Source of the DNA: Trypanosoma brucei
Lineage: Eukaryota
DNA: 64,000 bases
Direction of reading: 5' to 3'
Assembly: GCA_000002445.1 (NCBI GenBank)
Contig: CH464491.1
Span: forward strand, 1,504,001-1,568,000
Program-made: the position numbers and the translations under genes
Shown here: positions 60,749-64,000 of the stretch, one piece after another
Position numbering within the stretch: position 1 is the stretch's first letter
How the letters are laid out: every line of letters begins with the position of its first letter
Notes under the pieces: model-generated
What the model was told of the DNA's origin: nothing
Databases searched by the model: none
The model's input: only the letters and a program-made list of their open reading frames with translations

Positions 60749-62095
60749 ATGAACGTTTCACTTGGTACGGCACCGTGTAAAGCTTCATGTGGGGTCAAGC
60801 AACCCACCGGTTCGTGTAAGGGGCCACTGATGTCGCCATTTCAGGACGTGAAGAAGCAGGAGAATAACGACGTGAGAAAGGGTGCAGAAGCCTTAACGGG
60901 TTCTTCCTACTCTGGAGCCAGCGCACCTTTCTATCACTTCAGCCCCCCAACAGGTTCATTCTCGGAGAGCCTCAGGAACGATGTTGATAGACCACATTCG
61001 TTCATTGTAGATTTCATCGACCAATGTGTTGCCAACGGTGTTCCCGAATCGTTTATTGTTGATCATGTGCTTTTTATGACGAATGCTATGCGGGATCAAA
61101 TTAACCTTACTGAAACGTTAGGCGTTCAGCGGCGAAGCGCAGGGCAAGGTGTGGTCAGGCAACGCCAAAAGTTGGATGAAGCAGATAAAGCAGCGAGAGC
61201 GGTCTCCATTTCAAGGGTCGAGAAAGGTGTTCAGCGAAACGGTAGTTCGTCTCTTTCTCTGGTTGAACAGTCGACCGCCAGGCCAACACCTATCAAGGAT
61301 AAGAGTCCAGCATCGCATAAAAACAAAAGTTGTACAGGTAAGGGTGTGATCCGAAGAAAGCGAATAGAGAGCACGAGACCCACAAAAACGATATTTACAC
61401 AGACGCCACAGCCAATGTGTGTGAAGGACTCTTTCCGCGGATCGAAAGAAGGTGGAAGGATGGTGTTCCACGGATTCATGCGACCCACGGACGCCAGTAA
61501 TAGAAAGGAAACACTGAAGTATGTTGATAGCTTTGAGTCATCTGCGCAGCGACTACCATCTCGTCAACAATCACAACCACGTGTGGAAACGCAGCAACGT
61601 AAAGTCACAAGAAGCGTATCTGCAAAGAGTAAACCGTCTGCCGTTGATGTTGCTACGGAAATGTCTCCGCGGGAAGAGTACCTAACGTGGTCCGATGGCG
61701 ATTCTCCAGCAGCAAATTCACAGCAGACAGATAGAGTATCACCGATGACCAAAACACAAGAGAATCGTGCCGTATCTTCTACAGGTGTCAAATCTCTCCC
61801 TGTGAATAGTGATCTAAAACCCCAAGACAAGAAGCAGCACAAGAAAGAAGAATCACCAGCTCATACTGCCGAATTGATACTGAGAGAAGGAGGAGGGGTT
61901 GCTACTGCAGCACTTGTGAAGCGGGGTCGAAATCTATTTCGTATTGTTTCTTCTCCTCCCATTTCCATCGAAGTTCCTTTATTTTTTCCAAGCCAACAGC
62001 TGCAGATGTATATTGAGCGATGTGAGAGGAAAATGCGTGAAGCTATGCGGTTCTTAGACTCCACAAACAACGGTAGCTTCAATGTGATGCGATAG
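60749..62095 (+). CDS. Hypothetical Ser/Thr/Gln-rich protein of 448 aa.
   Basis: A long ORF from the ATG at 60749. The composition is hydrophilic and low complexity. No domain recognised. The true start could be a downstream ATG. Confidence 0.45.
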   Translation: MNVSLGTAPCKASCGVKQPTGSCKGPLMSPFQDVKKQENNDVRKGAEALTGSSYSGASAPFYHFSPPTGSFSESLRNDVDRPHSFIVDFIDQCVANGVPESFIVDHVLFMTNAMRDQINLTETLGVQRRSAGQGVVRQRQKLDEADKAARAVSISRVEKGVQRNGSSSLSLVEQSTARPTPIKDKSPASHKNKSCTGKGVIRRKRIESTRPTKTIFTQTPQPMCVKDSFRGSKEGGRMVFHGFMRPTDASNRKETLKYVDSFESSAQRLPSRQQSQPRVETQQRKVTRSVSAKSKPSAVDVATEMSPREEYLTWSDGDSPAANSQQTDRVSPMTKTQENRAVSSTGVKSLPVNSDLKPQDKKQHKKEESPAHTAELILREGGGVATAALVKRGRNLFRIVSSPPISIEVPLFFPSQQLQMYIERCERKMREAMRFLDSTNNGSFNVMR

Positions 62096-62454
62096 CTATT
62101 TAGAATTACGACAACCTGCGCTGGGAAGGGCTCTGTGCCTGCTGAATGATACAGGCGAGGTGGAAAAAACCAACAAAGGAATGGAAACGAAGCACAACGC
62201 TTATTTGTTGACAGGGCGCTGACTGAAAGAAGGAGACATACACCTAAGCCTCAACATAGTTTTATTCAGTCCACGCACGTTCGTTGGTGTTGCCCAAATT
62301 TTTATTGATGTGTGCTTTCCTACCGGTTTCTTCTAACATCCTTTGCGGTCCACTAACCGTGTCATTGTTTTCATATTATTATTATTTTTTCGTTGCACTT
62401 CCATTTTTCACGAAATATGTGTTGTTTGTAGATAGGTAGGTAACTTTGTGTCAC

Positions 62455-64000
62455 ATGACTGAGGTCTTCCGTGTGCAGTTGGTGTCTCTCTACCGCAGCC
62501 CCGAGGTGGTGGGTTGTACGGCCGAACCGGTACTGCACACGGAACTGGTTATTCAAGGCCAGGGGACCACACACGAGGGGCACCAGGAAAATGAACGAGG
62601 TATAATAATGGGTTCTGTGGGACTTCTTGCGAAACACCATTACGTAGCGATAGATGTGGTGAGTCATTTTGAGGAGGGCCAACCCTTGAGGATAGAAGAT
62701 AGTCTCAAATCAATTAGAGCTAGGCCGCCGCCGTATATTCATGTGGAAGGTGGTGGACGTTTGTTTTTGTTACACCCCATAGAACACAATAGGTATTTAC
62801 TCTCTGTTACGGTTCCCAAAACCGTGTGGCGATGGTTTGGCCCCACCGCATTACATGTTTTATTGTCAACAGCTGTTAGGGGTTACGAAATTGGAACAGA
62901 CGTGGCGGCAGTTGCCTCTGTGCCGACGTATTACCCATTGCACAATCGCATAAGTGAGAATGCTACAGCGGTGCAGGACGCGCTAAGGACTCGGATGCAA
63001 CAAGTGGTGGAATTTACGGCACATCTGACGGAGTGTATAAGTCAAGGGACGGTTTCCTCACCCACCATCTCGCAGGTGTCCGCACAGGTTGTTGCTTCTG
63101 TTAATAAAATGTGCAGCTGTAGCCCGTCTGCTTTGCGTCATAGTAACCAGTTTCGAGTGATGATGCAGAAATTAGTTTGGTCGGCCACAAATTTTTCCGA
63201 GTACACATCAATGAACGGGGCCATAGCCAGTGGTGGACTTTGCGATGGCTACAAACGTTTGGTAGTCACGGCATCTGCTGTGTGGCACCGTGGTGAGCCC
63301 GTATTCAGTTGCGGTTCCTGTGAGGACTTTCAGATGTACCTTCTACCAGCTGCTCTGACGACGTATATGTGCAGGTGCCTCGGTGAAGGTGCGCAACAAA
63401 CCATCACTATAAAGTGCTTTGCGATGCACGCGAGGACGGGAGCTGATTGCCTTCGCGTTCCAGGTTATTTAAAACCAATGAGCCAACCACATCATGTTGG
63501 AGCGACAGTGTGTCTCTCTTTTGCCTCCGCTGGAGGGTGGTGTATCGCCCTTCAAATGGAAGTGGCATTGAATGACTTTACCGGCGCCCCCATGTCTCAT
63601 ATAGTATCCGGTGTGATAAAGCTTATCTCTACGACTCTTGAGGTTCCCCAGTTCACGAAGCTGATGGCCAATAAAAGCGCGGAAACCCTTCACTGTGCAC
63701 CGTCTGCTTCCCTCTTCACCGCTGCGGCTTCTGGTGTTATGGAATCTGTGCGGCAGATCGGTATTTACCAACATTACTGCAGTAACGGCGCGTACGCTAT
63801 CAACATATTACAGAATACTTGTATTTATCACTATTGCAAGGGCGACACTTCTCACCCAGGAGAGACGGCAGAGTGTAGGAATCCGTGGCCGGAAAGTTTG
63901 GATGCAGCTGCGCTTGAGCTGGTGCAGCTCACCTCCTTTTCTCTTCGTTATGGTAGTGGCCGCGCCTCGAGGAATGGCAGTGCTCTCTGCGCTGCGCCGC
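62455..64000 (+). CDS. Hypothetical protein, 3'-truncated by the window end.
   Basis: I translated from the ATG at 62455 in frame and found no stop codon through position 64000 (more than 510 codons). The orientation is the same as the rest of the PTU. The ORF track omits it because no stop is present. Confidence 0.5.
   Translation, partial: MTEVFRVQLVSLYRSPEVVGCTAEPVLHTELVIQGQGTTHEGHQENERGIIMGSVGLLAKHHYVAIDVVSHFEEGQPLRIEDSLKSIRARPPPYIHVEGGGRLFLLHPIEHNRYLLSVTVPKTVWRWFGPTALHVLLSTAVRGYEIGTDVAAVASVPTYYPLHNRISENATAVQDALRTRMQQVVEFTAHLTECISQGTVSSPTISQVSAQVVASVNKMCSCSPSALRHSNQFRVMMQKLVWSATNFSEYTSMNGAIASGGLCDGYKRLVVTASAVWHRGEPVFSCGSCEDFQMYLLPAALTTYMCRCLGEGAQQTITIKCFAMHARTGADCLRVPGYLKPMSQPHHVGATVCLSFASAGGWCIALQMEVALNDFTGAPMSHIVSGVIKLISTTLEVPQFTKLMANKSAETLHCAPSASLFTAAASGVMESVRQIGIYQHYCSNGAYAINILQNTCIYHYCKGDTSHPGETAECRNPWPESLDAAALELVQLTSFSLRYGSGRASRNGSALCAAP

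Noticed and set aside
60220-60780. A 186-aa + strand ORF overlapping the 3' end of the TBC-like gene by 60 nt in another frame.
   Set aside because: It opens inside the upstream CDS and has a hydrophobic, low-complexity translation. It is more likely 3' UTR and spacer, and if anything is coding it would start at a later ATG. It is not reported as a feature.

Overview
This window reads as kinetoplastid nuclear DNA. It contains about 29 protein-coding genes, all on the + strand, with no strand switch, no intron signatures, and polypyrimidine-rich intergenic spacers of about 0.3 to 1.8 kb. That is the layout of a single polycistronic transcription unit (PTU) in a trypanosomatid. The translated 39092..39844 ORF matches, from memory, the much-studied glycosomal triosephosphate isomerase of Trypanosoma brucei. 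So I believe this is T. brucei, in the chromosome region that also carries the tandem malic-enzyme pair. That identification rests on recall, not on a search. Genes I can call confidently are SRP54, a RAD54-type SNF2 ATPase, two tandem malic enzymes (one cytosolic-type, one with a mitochondrial-type presequence), an axonemal inner-arm dynein light chain p28, TIM, a family-A DNA polymerase and MCM5. There is also a 5'-truncated aldo-keto reductase, a twin-CX3C small Tim, a very large SAC-domain phosphoinositide phosphatase, an ERI-1-like exonuclease fused to a Tpt1 RNA 2'-phosphotransferase domain, a p24/emp24-like protein, a TBC-like protein, a methyltransferase-like protein and several hypothetical proteins. 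I see no rRNA, obvious tRNA, CRISPR array, transposon or prokaryote-style defence locus. The premise of a previously undescribed system is not supported here. The observations most worth a second look are the ERI1::Tpt1 domain fusion, the patchwork of near-identical nucleotide blocks between the two malic-enzyme paralogues, a proofreading-less family-A polymerase with a Ser-rich N-terminus, an RS-domain protein and a possible GPKOW-like protein. Many ORF-track start coordinates are non-ATG (TTG/GTG/CTG) frame openings, so I report the first in-frame ATG as the start where that applies.
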